Below are positions 25,303 through 36,454 of a stretch of DNA of 64,000 nt, piece by piece. The notes beneath the pieces were generated by a model. The model saw nothing but the letters and a program-made list of their open reading frames with translations, was not told the DNA's origin and did not search any database. The stretch's first letter is position 1. Every line of letters begins with the position of its first letter. Position numbers and translations under genes: made by a program. The DNA is from an uncultured Chthonomonadaceae bacterium (GTDB taxonomy: Bacteria; Armatimonadota; Chthonomonadetes; Chthonomonadales; Chthonomonadaceae). The DNA lies in the NCBI GenBank assembly GCA_963835065.1, contig CAWIEK010000063.1, positions 128,001 through 192,000 on the forward strand, in the 5' to 3' direction.

Positions 25303-28300
25303 ATGCCAATTATTTACAGGCGTATTATGGCGCTATTCTCTTTTGCACACACCGCAACCTTTTCTCACGCACCAACGCGCCTGCCGAAAACTGCGCCCGG
25401 TAAGGCGCTGTTGTTGGTTGGCCTGATATGCGCGTGTCCGTCCGCCGATTGCCAGAACGCCGACAGCAAGGGACAGAAGCCGCCAACCGCGAAAACAAAG
25501 CCACAGCAACCCCCGCCCGCAAACGCCGCACCCTCAAAATCCGCGCCCAAAACAACGCTTCCAAATCAAACTGCGCCCCAACAATCCCCCCTTCTCAATC
25601 CGCAATCCCCAATCGGAAATCCAAATCGTCAATTGTCAATCGTCAATCCGCCTGCCGCTGCTTGGGCCGCTTCCTGTGACATTGCAGCAGAAGGCCGTTC
25701 GCGTAGATGTGGAAGCGGGCGCGTTGGGCAATTCCCTGCCGACGTTCTGGCGCGGCGATGCGCGGACGCCCGCCTTCGGACTTGCAAACACCCCTCTCGT
25801 GCCGCCTGCTTCCCCCAATTTCATTTCCCTGCGCAAAGGTTCGGGAGCCACGCTGACGCGGCTGCTGCCTTTTGCCACGCCCGGAACCCTGACGCTGCAC
25901 CCCGATGGAACGCCGATTGTGCGGTGGGAAAGCGTAGACGCGGCGCTCCGGCAGGCGGGGCAGGCGGGCGAAGACGTTATCTTTAACCTCCAGTATCCCG
26001 CCGGGTTATCGCCGGACGGATGGCATGCGCTTGTGGAAGCCGTTCTGCGCCGTTACCGCGACAACCCGCCCGCGCCTATCGCCCGCTGGGAAGTCGCTTT
26101 GAGCGCGGGAGAAGTGGGCGCGCGCTACGAGCCGTTTGCGCGGCTTGTCCGTTCGTTTTACCCCACTACGCCTGTCGGCCTGAACCTGCTTACAGAAAAT
26201 GCGCCTGCTGCCGCCAACGCGCCTGTCGGCAATATGCCTGTCGGCAATATGTCTGTCGGCGGCAAGAAATTTGTTGCGGGCAACGCGCCTGTTGCCGACA
26301 ATGCTTCTGCCGCTGGCATGGTAGCGGAAGGGGTTCGGCGCGTGGCGCAGGTTTGCGTTCAAGGGAAAGTTCCTCTTGATTCCATTGCCTGGCGTTTGGC
26401 GGACACGCCTGCTCCGGCAACGCAGCAAGTGGAGCGCGTTCGGCGCGTTCTGGCTGCCTTTCCCGCTCTGAAGAACGTATTCTTGTTGCCCACGCTTGGG
26501 CTGGAAAGCGCAGCCGGTACACCTGTTCAGGCCGCTTCTGCTCAAAACTCCGCGAGGCAAGGCATTTTGCCGCTATCGGTTTCTTCACAAGCTCCTGATT
26601 CGCAATCCTTTGTTTCGGCGCGTTTGCTTGCGTTTGTGGCGAAGATGCTGGACACGGGGCAATTCTCGCCGCCCAATGCGTTTGTCGGCGCGCTGCTGGA
26701 AGAACCAACGAAGCCTTTGCCGCGCCATAGTTCGAGTGTGGGAAACGCGCTTACCGTTAAAGACGGGGCAGGACTGCTGGACGAGGAAGCCCGGCAGGAA
26801 CAGGACGAGGAACTTGCGGCGGAAGCGAACGCGCAAGCCCGTCTGCAAACCGCGCAGCAGGCGCTTGCCCTGCTTAATCGCATGGCGGGAACGCGAGTAC
26901 GCGCGCAAAGCGACGACAGCGGCATCGGTTGCCTGGCCGCGCGCTCGCAGGGACATACCTTCGTACTTTTGTGGCGGGAACCGGCGGCAGGAAATAAGCC
27001 GGGTCGCCCTTCACGGCTGACGGACGGCGGCAACGCCCTGATTGTCGCGCATCTGCAGCATCTTGGTTTGGAAAACAGCGCGGGCATACGGGTCACGCAA
27101 ACCGACCTGACGCAAACGCTTGCCAATTCTGCAAACATGCCTTCAACCGGATTGCCGGTTCGCGCCAATGCAACGAGCGCGGCAGGCGCGGAAACCAACA
27201 CGATTTTGCCGCCCTCCGGCGTTTCCACAACGTATTGGAGCAGCAATCCCGCCCCGACGAATGTTGTGCCGCCATCGGCTGTACCGACGGCCACAAAACC
27301 GGCTTTTGCCAGGCCGACTGCTATTGTACCGCCTTCCACAAGACCAACAGCCACCAGACCGACAACGGCTGCGCCTCCAACTGCCGCGCCGAAAAACTCC
27401 ACGCCGAAAAACTCTGCGCCCAAAAGTTCCACACTGCCAACCTCTAAACCAACCTCTAAACCAACCTCTGCGCCAACAAACGCCACGCAGCCAAATGCCG
27501 CGCAGTCCAACGCCGCGCCGATAACTGCAACGAACGTCAGTGCCGCGAACGTCAATGCCGCGCCGACAGACGTGGAAATCCCCGTGCTGCTGGAACCGGG
27601 AAGTGTCTGCCTGCTGGAGATTGCGCCCATCAAGGCGAAACCGGTTTTGGCGCTCACGCTGTCTACGCAGGACGCCAATCTCAACGGCGGCGATCCGTTC
27701 AGCGTCGTTCTTGCTGTGCGCAATCTGTCTGCCCGCCCGCAAAATTTGGAACTGGCGCTGGCTTCGCGGATGCCGGACTTGCTGCCGCAGGGCGGGGCGC
27801 AGTTCAAGCCGGGGATGCTGGCCGCGAATGGTATCCGTTCGTTTCGCTTCGGATTGCGCGCCCCGGTGCTGGCTGCGGGAGCCAATGTTTCGCTGACGGC
27901 GCGTATCGGCGACAGCGCCGCTGCGCTAACCGTTCCCGTGCAGTCTCCCCTGGAAGCCAGTCTCGAAGCGCCCGCGCACGGATGTGGAAAGCGGCACGGG
28001 ACGCGCCAACATCCGCGTCCGCCTGGCGAACCGCAGCCGCGCGCCCCTCAGCATTCACTTGCAGGCGGGCGATTCAGGCGAAAACAAAGCGGGAACGTCC
28101 ATTACAGTTCCGCCTGGCGGCAAGCCCGTCACCACAATTCTGGCGGTATCCCCTGCCTCCCATACGCCGGGATTATACCCAACTCAGGTGCGCGTGGAAA
28201 GTTCGGCGCGACTGCTGCAAATCCTGCGGCCTGTGATTGGCGTACCCCTTGTGTGTCCGTATGCCGTCGCCAAACCCGCGATAGATGGCGATTTGCGAGA

Positions 28301-28922
28301 ATGGTCGGGGAATGTGCCTCTGGGCATGGGACGCGCGGAGCAGGCGCGCGGCAAGGCATGGGGCGGGCCCGCCGACGTTTCCGCGTATGCGTATGCGCTG
28401 TGGGATGAGCAATACTTTTATTTTGCCTGCGCCGTAACCGACGATGTGTTCACGCCGCCCCCTAATCCGGCAGGATTGATGCAGGGGGATTGCATCCTGT
28501 TCGCGCTTGCCGTAACGCCGCGCGCCGGAGCGCAGGCAGACCATGCGCTGTATGCGAAATTCGGCATGGCAGTGGTGCAGGATGGACTTGGCGCATCGCA
28601 TCCGGTTCTGGTCCGCCTGTCGCCCGCGCCCAAAGCATCGAATAGACAAACCTCCGCTTTCCGCGAAACAGCCACGCCCGTAAAGAACGCGCGCATCGCC
28701 GTTCGCCGTGAAGACACGCGCGCGTTCTATGAAGCGGCGATTCCGTGGAGCGAATTGCTGTCCCAACCGCCAACGCCCGATTTTATTGTATCGCTTGCAA
28801 TCACCGTTAATGATGTGGATGGGCGCATACAGGGTACAATGGAATGGGGAAGTTTGCTGACAGGCGCGATAAACCCTCTGCTCTTCCCGCCGCTGCGCCT
28901 GGTGAAGTTGCCCGCGCGCTGA
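25303..28922 (+). CDS. Large secreted protein (GH39-like N-part, Pro/Thr linker, Ig-like, C-terminal CBM9-like); frameshifts at about 25670 and 27975
   Basis: Three overlapping ORFs give one path; PAIDGDLREW, LWDEQYFYFA..VTDD, YEAAIPWSEL. Confidence 0.7.
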
Positions 28923-28928
28923 CCCGGC

Positions 28929-31151
28929 ATGTTTTGGTACGCACCTTCAAGTTGTTTCGTAATTGCGCCTGTTTATTTACAGGAGCGTTCCTTGCCCTTT
29001 CACCTGAAAACCTGGAAGCCGCGTTCCCTCAGTGAAGCGGCCGGCCTGCTGACCGTCGCGCTTGTCGCCCTGCTGCCTTTCCTCCCGCTTATGGAACGGC
29101 TGGAATTGGGCAGTTACAATGTGCGGTTTTCGCTGCGCCACGCCCGCCCGACCCATGCCAAAATTGTCATCGTGAGCATTGACGATGACACCGCGCAATC
29201 CTACGCCGAGGAACTGCATGATCCGAACCGCGAAGGCGGCAGATGGACGGAGCCGATAGTCTTTTGGGGAGCGCGACTGGCAAACGTCATCAAGGAATTG
29301 CATCGGGACAAAGCCAAAGTGATTGGCATAGACTTTTTAATGGCTGCCGATCCCGACAGCCTCATTGCCACAGAATTGGATAAGGCGCTCGACAACGCCC
29401 ATGTTTCCCGAAGCGTCGCGCTGAATGTAAGCAGCAACCTGCCACCCGCCTTGCAGCCCTGGAAAACGTTTGTCGGCGCCCTGGAAGAAGCCGATGGCAG
29501 CGTACTGCTGGCCGATCATCCTTTGTTGAAAAATGCGCAAATGGACCTGTTGCGCTATAATCTGGATGCCACGCAGGGATGTTTGGGCAATGCCATTCTG
29601 CCGAGCGACTTGGATGGCGCGGTGTGGCGCGTCCCTTTGTATACCCGGCTGGTTTACAACGGGAAGGAGAATACCACGCCGGAAGGAGAAGCGCCCCCCG
29701 AGGGGAAGCCGGAAGAGAGGCCATCAGGAGCCGACGCGCCGGACAACATCAAGCCGAACGTGAACACGCCGGGAGTCAGCGCGGCGGCAAGTAACGCCTC
29801 CAGCGGTAACGCGGCGGCAGGCGAAAAAGGGGAGGAAGTCATCATTCCCGGATTTGCTGCGCTGATCGCTGCCCGCGCGAGCGGCATTGATCCCCATGAC
29901 GAAGCGGCGCTGCGGCGGATGGGAGGATTGCCGCTCGGACAGGCCACCATAAACACTGATGTGGAATTCGGCATCAATTATATTGATACCAACGCCATCG
30001 AAAACCTACCATACATTTCCGCCCGGCGTGTGGCGAATGGCGAGTTGACCCAACAGGAACGCGCGCTGTTGCGCGATGCTGTTGTAATGGTTGGCTCGAC
30101 TTATAACGGCAATGAGGATACGCACTATGCCCCGCGCCTGCAGCTCGTCAACGGCGTGGATATTCAGGCGCAGGCGGTTGCGACCCTGCTGGACGGCAAA
30201 ACGCTGCACCGCTGGACTCGCGGCGGCGAAGCCCTGGCGACCCTGCTGATTGGAATTCTTGCCGTTTGTTTCGTGATACGCCTGCCCATCGGCAGAGGCG
30301 GCGCGCTGGTTGTTGCCGCTGAATTGACCTGGTTTCTCATTGTGCAGGGATTTTTCGACGTGGGCGGGCGGATGCTGCCGCAGACCGGCCCCGCGCTGGC
30401 ATTGCTGTTGCCGTTTGTGTCCTGTCACCTGATGCGTTCCCTGGAAGAAGCGCGGCGACGGCATAAAATCGAGGAAATTTTAGGGCGCACCGTTTCTCCC
30501 GCTATTGCCGACCATCTTATGTCGAACCCCGGCGCGCTGGAACTGGGCGGCAAACGCATTGAGGGCAGCGTCCTGTTTTTCGACATTCGTGGATCGAGCG
30601 CGTTCGCGCAGTATCAGCCGGCGGAAACGGTGTTTGCCGAGTACAACGGGCTTTTCGGCGTGGTTGTGCCGGAAATCGAAAAGCACGGCGGGCTGTTGTA
30701 CCGCTATCTTGGCGACGGCTTTATGGCCGTGTTCGGCGTTCCCACTCCCTTAAAAGGGGAACTGAAAGACCATCGGCAGGCGGCAGTCCGGGCCGCGTTT
30801 GCCGCAATACAGGCCGTTCACGCCCGCAATGCCGTTCAGCCGCGCATTGACGGGCAGCCCTGGCGCGTCGGCTGCGGCGTCCACACCGGCGAACTGGCAT
30901 ACGGCAATTTGGGACAGGAGGAACGCTCAGAATTTACTGTAATTGGAGATACAATAAACGTAGCGGCTCGCCTGGAGTCCATGAACAAGAAGCTGAACAG
31001 CGAAATCGTTTTCAGCGCGGCCACCCTTGCCGATGCCCCGCTTCCGCCGGGTTTGCATGGCCCGGTTGATATGCCGGTTGACGGCAAGGTGGGGGATATG
31101 CCAGTCTATTACAAGTGTCAGGAAGATGCGCAGGCGTCGGAGGAATCTTGA
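28929..31151 (+). CDS. CHASE2-domain adenylate/guanylate cyclase
   Basis: IVIVSIDD, VIGIDF, DLDGAVWR, NGVDIQA, 3 TM, VLFFDIRG, LGDGFMAVFG, GVHTG, IGDTINVAARLE. Confidence 0.93.
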   Translation: MFWYAPSSCFVIAPVYLQERSLPFHLKTWKPRSLSEAAGLLTVALVALLPFLPLMERLELGSYNVRFSLRHARPTHAKIVIVSIDDDTAQSYAEELHDPNREGGRWTEPIVFWGARLANVIKELHRDKAKVIGIDFLMAADPDSLIATELDKALDNAHVSRSVALNVSSNLPPALQPWKTFVGALEEADGSVLLADHPLLKNAQMDLLRYNLDATQGCLGNAILPSDLDGAVWRVPLYTRLVYNGKENTTPEGEAPPEGKPEERPSGADAPDNIKPNVNTPGVSAAASNASSGNAAAGEKGEEVIIPGFAALIAARASGIDPHDEAALRRMGGLPLGQATINTDVEFGINYIDTNAIENLPYISARRVANGELTQQERALLRDAVVMVGSTYNGNEDTHYAPRLQLVNGVDIQAQAVATLLDGKTLHRWTRGGEALATLLIGILAVCFVIRLPIGRGGALVVAAELTWFLIVQGFFDVGGRMLPQTGPALALLLPFVSCHLMRSLEEARRRHKIEEILGRTVSPAIADHLMSNPGALELGGKRIEGSVLFFDIRGSSAFAQYQPAETVFAEYNGLFGVVVPEIEKHGGLLYRYLGDGFMAVFGVPTPLKGELKDHRQAAVRAAFAAIQAVHARNAVQPRIDGQPWRVGCGVHTGELAYGNLGQEERSEFTVIGDTINVAARLESMNKKLNSEIVFSAATLADAPLPPGLHGPVDMPVDGKVGDMPVYYKCQEDAQASEES

Positions 31152-31153
31152 AA

Positions 31154-32191
31154 ATGAAGCAAACTTTACAGCTTAATCTGCGTCAAAATAAATTCATGCT
31201 AAATCGAACCCTAATCCAGCCCATAAATCAGTTGGTCACGCGGGCGCGGCTCTGGAAGCGGTTCCGCTCCCTGCAAATCAGCCCGGCAGAAACGGGTTGG
31301 CTTTTCGCTTGCGGATTGGTGGCAGGCTGTTGGAGCGTGAGCGTAATGGCGCAAAAGCCCGCTTCGGTCGGTCCTGTCGGGCAGTTGCTCAATGTGCGCG
31401 GCGGAGTGAAAATCGAACACGACGGCAAGGTGACGAACCCGCAAGCGCATACCTGTGACCTGCTGCATGAGGGCGATGTTGTGACAATCGCTCCGGGCGC
31501 GAACGCGCAGGCGTTGCTTTCCAGCACGGGTCTGCGCTACGCCCTGGCAAGCGGCAGCAAGATACAGGTGCAATCCGGCTTGAAAACTCTATCCGGCGCT
31601 GCGCCCAAAGAAATGCCCCGCATTGGCCGCGCCCTTGCCATGAACCGTCCCGGCAGGGCCGGGGCCACACTGCTGCGCGGATCGGAGGATACCGATGGCC
31701 CTTCGCATCCTTCTCCTACCGGCCTGGTTCCTGCCAAACCCGTCGTGCTGCGCTGGTCGGGAACCACAGAAGGCAGCCTGATTGTGCGAGTACTGGAAGC
31801 GGATACGGATAAACTAGTGTATACTGAAACCATAGCCGCAAACGTTCAGGAGCAAAAAATACCTGACGACAAATTGCATCTGGGCGTTTGGTACTCCTGG
31901 TCTGTGCAGGCTATGCCCTCCGACGCGCCGGGGCGGGTCTGCAAGAGTCTGTTTCGCCTGCCCCTGAAAACGGATGCGGCCCATTTAGCTGCCCTGGAGC
32001 AGGACGCGATGGCCGCCCGCAAGGCTGACAAGGACGATGTCACGCCGGACATCCTGCTGGCGCAAGGGTATGCCGAGCTGGGATTGTTCGACAAAGCGCG
32101 GGGCGCTTACGAAGCCGCCCTGAAACTGCGTCCCGATGACGCCGGCATTCAAAAAGCGCTGGAAAATTTGAACCGGCTGCTTAATCCGTGA
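31154..32191 (+). CDS. Secreted protein with FecR-like N-part, DUF928-like middle and C-terminal TPR
   Basis: VGQLLNVRGGV, LHEGD.V, L.LGVWYSWSV, YAELGLFD.A; start uncertain. Confidence 0.7.
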   Translation: MKQTLQLNLRQNKFMLNRTLIQPINQLVTRARLWKRFRSLQISPAETGWLFACGLVAGCWSVSVMAQKPASVGPVGQLLNVRGGVKIEHDGKVTNPQAHTCDLLHEGDVVTIAPGANAQALLSSTGLRYALASGSKIQVQSGLKTLSGAAPKEMPRIGRALAMNRPGRAGATLLRGSEDTDGPSHPSPTGLVPAKPVVLRWSGTTEGSLIVRVLEADTDKLVYTETIAANVQEQKIPDDKLHLGVWYSWSVQAMPSDAPGRVCKSLFRLPLKTDAAHLAALEQDAMAARKADKDDVTPDILLAQGYAELGLFDKARGAYEAALKLRPDDAGIQKALENLNRLLNP

Positions 32192-32329
32192 GAGTAGATA
32201 TAAGATATTAGATATTAGTTCGTACCTGCCTTTTACAACCTTGTACGCCGAGGTGAAGAGTCAACGATTATCTTCTACTAATATCTAATATCTTATATCT
32301 TATATCATATCTCCCTCCCCACTACCACC

Positions 32330-35300
32330 ATGCACACAACTCCTACACACAATCCTCGCTATAGCGCGGCGTTCCAACGGCACAGGGGCAAAGGGGAGGC
32401 CGCGCGCCTGCTGTTGACGCTTTCCCTTTGCCTGCTTCCTTTCTGCGCATGGAGTCAGGCTGTTTTGCCGGATAACAGCGCGAAAAAAACAGGAAACAAG
32501 CCTGCTGCCATGCCTGATGCGGTGCACATGCTGCTGGATCAGGCGGACCGTCAGCAGAAAAACGAGCAATTCGCGGACATGCTGGCTTCCGCGACGCGCG
32601 CCCTGGAAATGGCGCATGCCGCAGGCGATGTCGGGAGCGAGGTAGCCGCGTTGGCAAGCAAGGCAAGCGCGCTGGCCGCGCAGGGGCGCGATGTGGAAGC
32701 CGCCGCCGCCTGGCAGTCCACCGCCGCGATTTATGCGGATGCGGGTGAGGATGCGCGCCGCATGGATGCTCTGGGCAAAGCCGGGGCCTTGCTGCTGCGC
32801 ATTAACCCCACCGAAGCGAAACAACTGCTGGATCAAACGCTGGCCTGGAGCGGGAAATGGCGGCGTCCGAAGGAAGCCGCGTCCGTTCTCAATTCCACCG
32901 GGCTGCAGCTCCGGGACCGTAAACGCTATACGGAGGCGCAAACCTTTTTTACCGCCGCGCTCACCCTGTTTACCCAGGTGGATCCCGAGTCGGGCAATGT
33001 GGCAAGTTGCCTTAACAATCTGGGCATCGTTGCCGCCAGCCAGGAACATCTGGAACAGGCCGACGTTTATTTTCGCAAGGCGCTTGCCATCCGGCAAAAA
33101 ACTCCTTCCGACTTGCTGCCCATTGCGGATAGCTGGAACAATCTGGGCTTGAACGCCTGCCACCGGGGCGACGCTAAAGCCGCCGGGGAGTATTTCCACA
33201 AGGCGCTGGAATTGCGCCAGAAAGCCGAGCCGGACAGCCTGCCCGTAGCGGAAATCTGGAGCAATGAGGGCTATCTGCTGCGCAGTCGCGGCAGTCTGAC
33301 CAGGGCGGATCAGTATTTCCTGCGCGCGCTGACCCTCCGGCAGAAAATCGCGCCCAATTCCCTGCTCGTAGCGGAAAGCCTGAGCAGCCGGGGACAAATC
33401 GCCAAGGATCGCGGCGACCTGGCCGGCGCTGAAGATTACTACAAGCAGTCGCTGACCATCCGCGAAGCGCAGATTCCCGCATCGGGAACCCTGGTCACGC
33501 ATCTGGATGGATTGGGACAAATCGCGTATGACCGCAGCGATTACGCGGCGTCGGAAGAGTATTTCAAGCGTTCCCTGCGCTATCTATGGCCGGAGGCCGA
33601 CGCCTTCCTGCGCAGCGCGGCCAATGGCAGCGCCAATAACGGTAATCTTAATAACGCCAGGAATGACGTGAAACAAGCAAACCTGCCCCACTCGGTGGAA
33701 GTGGCAAACTGCCTGCTGAACCTGGGCCGCGCCGTTGCCAAACGGCAGGGGGTTGCGGCGGGGGAACCTTTCTTCCGCGCCGCGCTGACGATTTACGACA
33801 CCGTTGCGCCCAATTCATTGAACAAAGCCAACTGCCTGGTGGACCTGGCGGCAGTGGCGGAAGGCCGTCAGGATTATGGGGCCGCGCGCAAGTATACGGC
33901 GCAGTCCCTGCAGCTCAAGCAGAAAGACAAATTTGAAGGCTCCGACCTGCTGGAAGAATCGTACAGCCTCAGCACTATGGGCGTTGTCGCGCTGAATCAG
34001 GGCGATATAAGCGTGGCGGAAAACCATCTGCGGCAGGCGCTGGCAATCACGCGCAAAATCAATCCGCGCTCGCTGGAAACCGCCTGCAATTTAGGCTTAC
34101 TTGGATCGGCGGCGGAACAGCGCGGCGATTATCCTGCCGCCTTGAAATACGCTCAGGAAGCCTGGGACATTGTGCAAAAGCAGGCGGCGCAGGTGATTGG
34201 CGATGAGGCGCGGCAAGCCTTTCGGGAAGCCCGCGCTTCCTATGCGAACAATTTGATGCGCTACCAACTCAAACTGCATCAGCCGGAAGCCGCCCTGGTC
34301 ACGCTGGAACAGGGACGCGCCCGCGCTTTGGAGCAGATGATTTCCGAACGCCGCGTTCTGATGGGCATGGGTGGCAACGCGCAATGGGACGCTTACCAGA
34401 GCGCCAAAATTGCGCATGAGGCGGACGTGCAGACGCTGACAAAAGTTTCGACCACGCTGGCCCAGATTCAGCGCCGTATTGCCCGATTGCAGCAGGCTAA
34501 AGCGGGAGGGGCGCAGATCGCGGCGCTTCAAGAAAAATTTCGGGAAGCCGACAATCAAGTGCAGCAGGCCACGAACGACGCGATACGGAGTCGCGTGAAG
34601 ATGGAATCATGCTATGGCGACTTGCAGCGCGCCCAGGTTCGCGCCTGCCCGCCGCCCCTGTCCCCCCTCGAAGCCATGAAGTCCCTGCCTGCCGATGCCG
34701 TTTTCGCGTACTTCAGCGTGGGCGAGGAGGAAACGACCCTGTTCCTGCTGCGCAACGGCAAAACCCCGCAGGTATTTTCCATTCGCGTCAAACGCGACCA
34801 ACTACAGCAGCAGGTGCGCCAATTGCGCAGCCTGGTTTCCGTTCCCGTTTCCACAGTGGAAGAGGTCGGCGCGTCAGGCCGAAATTTATTCTCGCTCCTG
34901 TTTCCGCCCGCCGCCCGTGCCACGCTGATGGGCGCGAAACGCTGGATCGTCTCGCCAGATGATGTCTTATGGGAAGCGCCCTTTGCCGCGCTGGTCGTCA
35001 ATGCGTCCGGGCCGCCGCAATGGCTTGGCCTGGCGCATCCTCTGTCCTACTCTCCCTCGCTCACCCTTCTGGCTCTCGCCCGCGCCGACAAAACCACGCG
35101 CGCCCCACATCAGCAGCTTGCCGCAGTGGTTGTCGGCGACCCCGTATTCGACCACATGGCGGCGGGCAAGATCGAGGGCAAAACGGAGGGCAAGAATGAG
35201 CAAACGGGGGCTTCAGCGACACATCCACTGACGGCGGAAGCGGCAGGCGAGCGCGGCTACCTGTGGGAAAACGGCGCGCCGCCGGATCCCCTGCCCGGAA

Positions 35301-35917
35301 CCCGCGAAGAAGCCACGCAGATCGCCCGTCTCTATCAATCGTCCGCCTTGTTGGGAGAAGACGCGACTGAAGCCGAGGTCAGGAAGCGCATATCTCAGGC
35401 CGACATCATTCATCTGGCAACGCATGGCGTCCTGCGCCGCGACGTGCCGACGGCTTCAGGCTTGCTGTTGACCGCGCCCCTGGTAGACCCGGCTCCCTCC
35501 GACAATGATGGCGCATTTCAAGCGTGGGAAATGTTCGGGCTGAAACTGAAAGCCGAACTGGTGATTTTATCAGCCTGTGAAACGGGCAAGGGGAGCAGCC
35601 GCAAGGCCGAAGGCTTGATCGGGTTGGCGCGGGCCTTGCAGTGCGCCGGATGCCGCTCCATTGTGGCGAGCCAGTGGTCGGTATCGGATGCCAGCACGGC
35701 CACCCTGATGATCGCCCTGCACCAAAACTTGCTCAAAGGCGTCAGCAAGGACGCGGCCTTGCAGCAGGCGATGCAAACCGTAGCGGGAGATGCGGAAGGG
35801 CGCACCACGCACCCCTTCTACTGGGCCGCCTTCGCCCTGACCGGCGACCCCGACAACACGCTCCTGCGCGCGCCCGCCTCCCTCACTAAAACCGCGCCTC
35901 CAACACTTCAGCATTAG
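32330..35917 (+). CDS. TPR-CHAT domain caspase-like protease
   Basis: Long TPR array; VSPDD.L...PFAAL, LPGTREEA, IHLATHG, LSACETG, SQWSVSD, HPFYWAAF. Confidence 0.95.
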   Translation: MHTTPTHNPRYSAAFQRHRGKGEAARLLLTLSLCLLPFCAWSQAVLPDNSAKKTGNKPAAMPDAVHMLLDQADRQQKNEQFADMLASATRALEMAHAAGDVGSEVAALASKASALAAQGRDVEAAAAWQSTAAIYADAGEDARRMDALGKAGALLLRINPTEAKQLLDQTLAWSGKWRRPKEAASVLNSTGLQLRDRKRYTEAQTFFTAALTLFTQVDPESGNVASCLNNLGIVAASQEHLEQADVYFRKALAIRQKTPSDLLPIADSWNNLGLNACHRGDAKAAGEYFHKALELRQKAEPDSLPVAEIWSNEGYLLRSRGSLTRADQYFLRALTLRQKIAPNSLLVAESLSSRGQIAKDRGDLAGAEDYYKQSLTIREAQIPASGTLVTHLDGLGQIAYDRSDYAASEEYFKRSLRYLWPEADAFLRSAANGSANNGNLNNARNDVKQANLPHSVEVANCLLNLGRAVAKRQGVAAGEPFFRAALTIYDTVAPNSLNKANCLVDLAAVAEGRQDYGAARKYTAQSLQLKQKDKFEGSDLLEESYSLSTMGVVALNQGDISVAENHLRQALAITRKINPRSLETACNLGLLGSAAEQRGDYPAALKYAQEAWDIVQKQAAQVIGDEARQAFREARASYANNLMRYQLKLHQPEAALVTLEQGRARALEQMISERRVLMGMGGNAQWDAYQSAKIAHEADVQTLTKVSTTLAQIQRRIARLQQAKAGGAQIAALQEKFREADNQVQQATNDAIRSRVKMESCYGDLQRAQVRACPPPLSPLEAMKSLPADAVFAYFSVGEEETTLFLLRNGKTPQVFSIRVKRDQLQQQVRQLRSLVSVPVSTVEEVGASGRNLFSLLFPPAARATLMGAKRWIVSPDDVLWEAPFAALVVNASGPPQWLGLAHPLSYSPSLTLLALARADKTTRAPHQQLAAVVVGDPVFDHMAAGKIEGKTEGKNEQTGASATHPLTAEAAGERGYLWENGAPPDPLPGTREEATQIARLYQSSALLGEDATEAEVRKRISQADIIHLATHGVLRRDVPTASGLLLTAPLVDPAPSDNDGAFQAWEMFGLKLKAELVILSACETGKGSSRKAEGLIGLARALQCAGCRSIVASQWSVSDASTATLMIALHQNLLKGVSKDAALQQAMQTVAGDAEGRTTHPFYWAAFALTGDPDNTLLRAPASLTKTAPPTLQH

Positions 35918-35986
35918 TCTGCTGTTGCGAATAATGCGGATAAGGGGTATAGTGGAAGAATGTAGATATGTATCAGGAGCAAACCT

Positions 35987-36454
35987 ATGTCCACTACCAC
36001 CGAAACCATCCTGCCTACCGATCAGGATGCTAGACAAGCGCGGGAGTTCCGCGCCCTGCTTGCCCCCCTTACGTTACGGGAAGTTACCGCGCGCCTTCAG
36101 TTCAGCGGCAGCAACGCTCCCGATACAAATTTAATGCTGCCTGCTTCTGTGGTGCGCGTGTTGCTGGGCGTTCTTGAGGAAATGGGAAAAGGGAATGGCG
36201 TTTCCATCACGCCGCTTCAGAAAGAGTTCACCACGCAGCAAGCCGCGGATTTTCTGAAGGTTTCCCGGCCTTTTCTCATTGCGGAGTTGCTGGAAAAGGG
36301 CGTACTTCCCTATCGCAAGGTGGGCAATCGGCGGCGTATTCGTGTCGAAGACCTGTTGTGCTATAGGGAGACCGAGGAGAAGGAGATCGCGCGGCGCGAA
36401 ACGGTGATGCAGGAGTTGATGGCCGAAACCGAGCGGTTGGGCCTGTACAAATAA
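35987..36454 (+). CDS. Excisionase-like HTH antitoxin
   Basis: EFTTQQAADFLKVSRPFL...VGNRRRI; precedes a PIN gene. Confidence 0.85.
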   Translation: MSTTTETILPTDQDARQAREFRALLAPLTLREVTARLQFSGSNAPDTNLMLPASVVRVLLGVLEEMGKGNGVSITPLQKEFTTQQAADFLKVSRPFLIAELLEKGVLPYRKVGNRRRIRVEDLLCYRETEEKEIARRETVMQELMAETERLGLYK

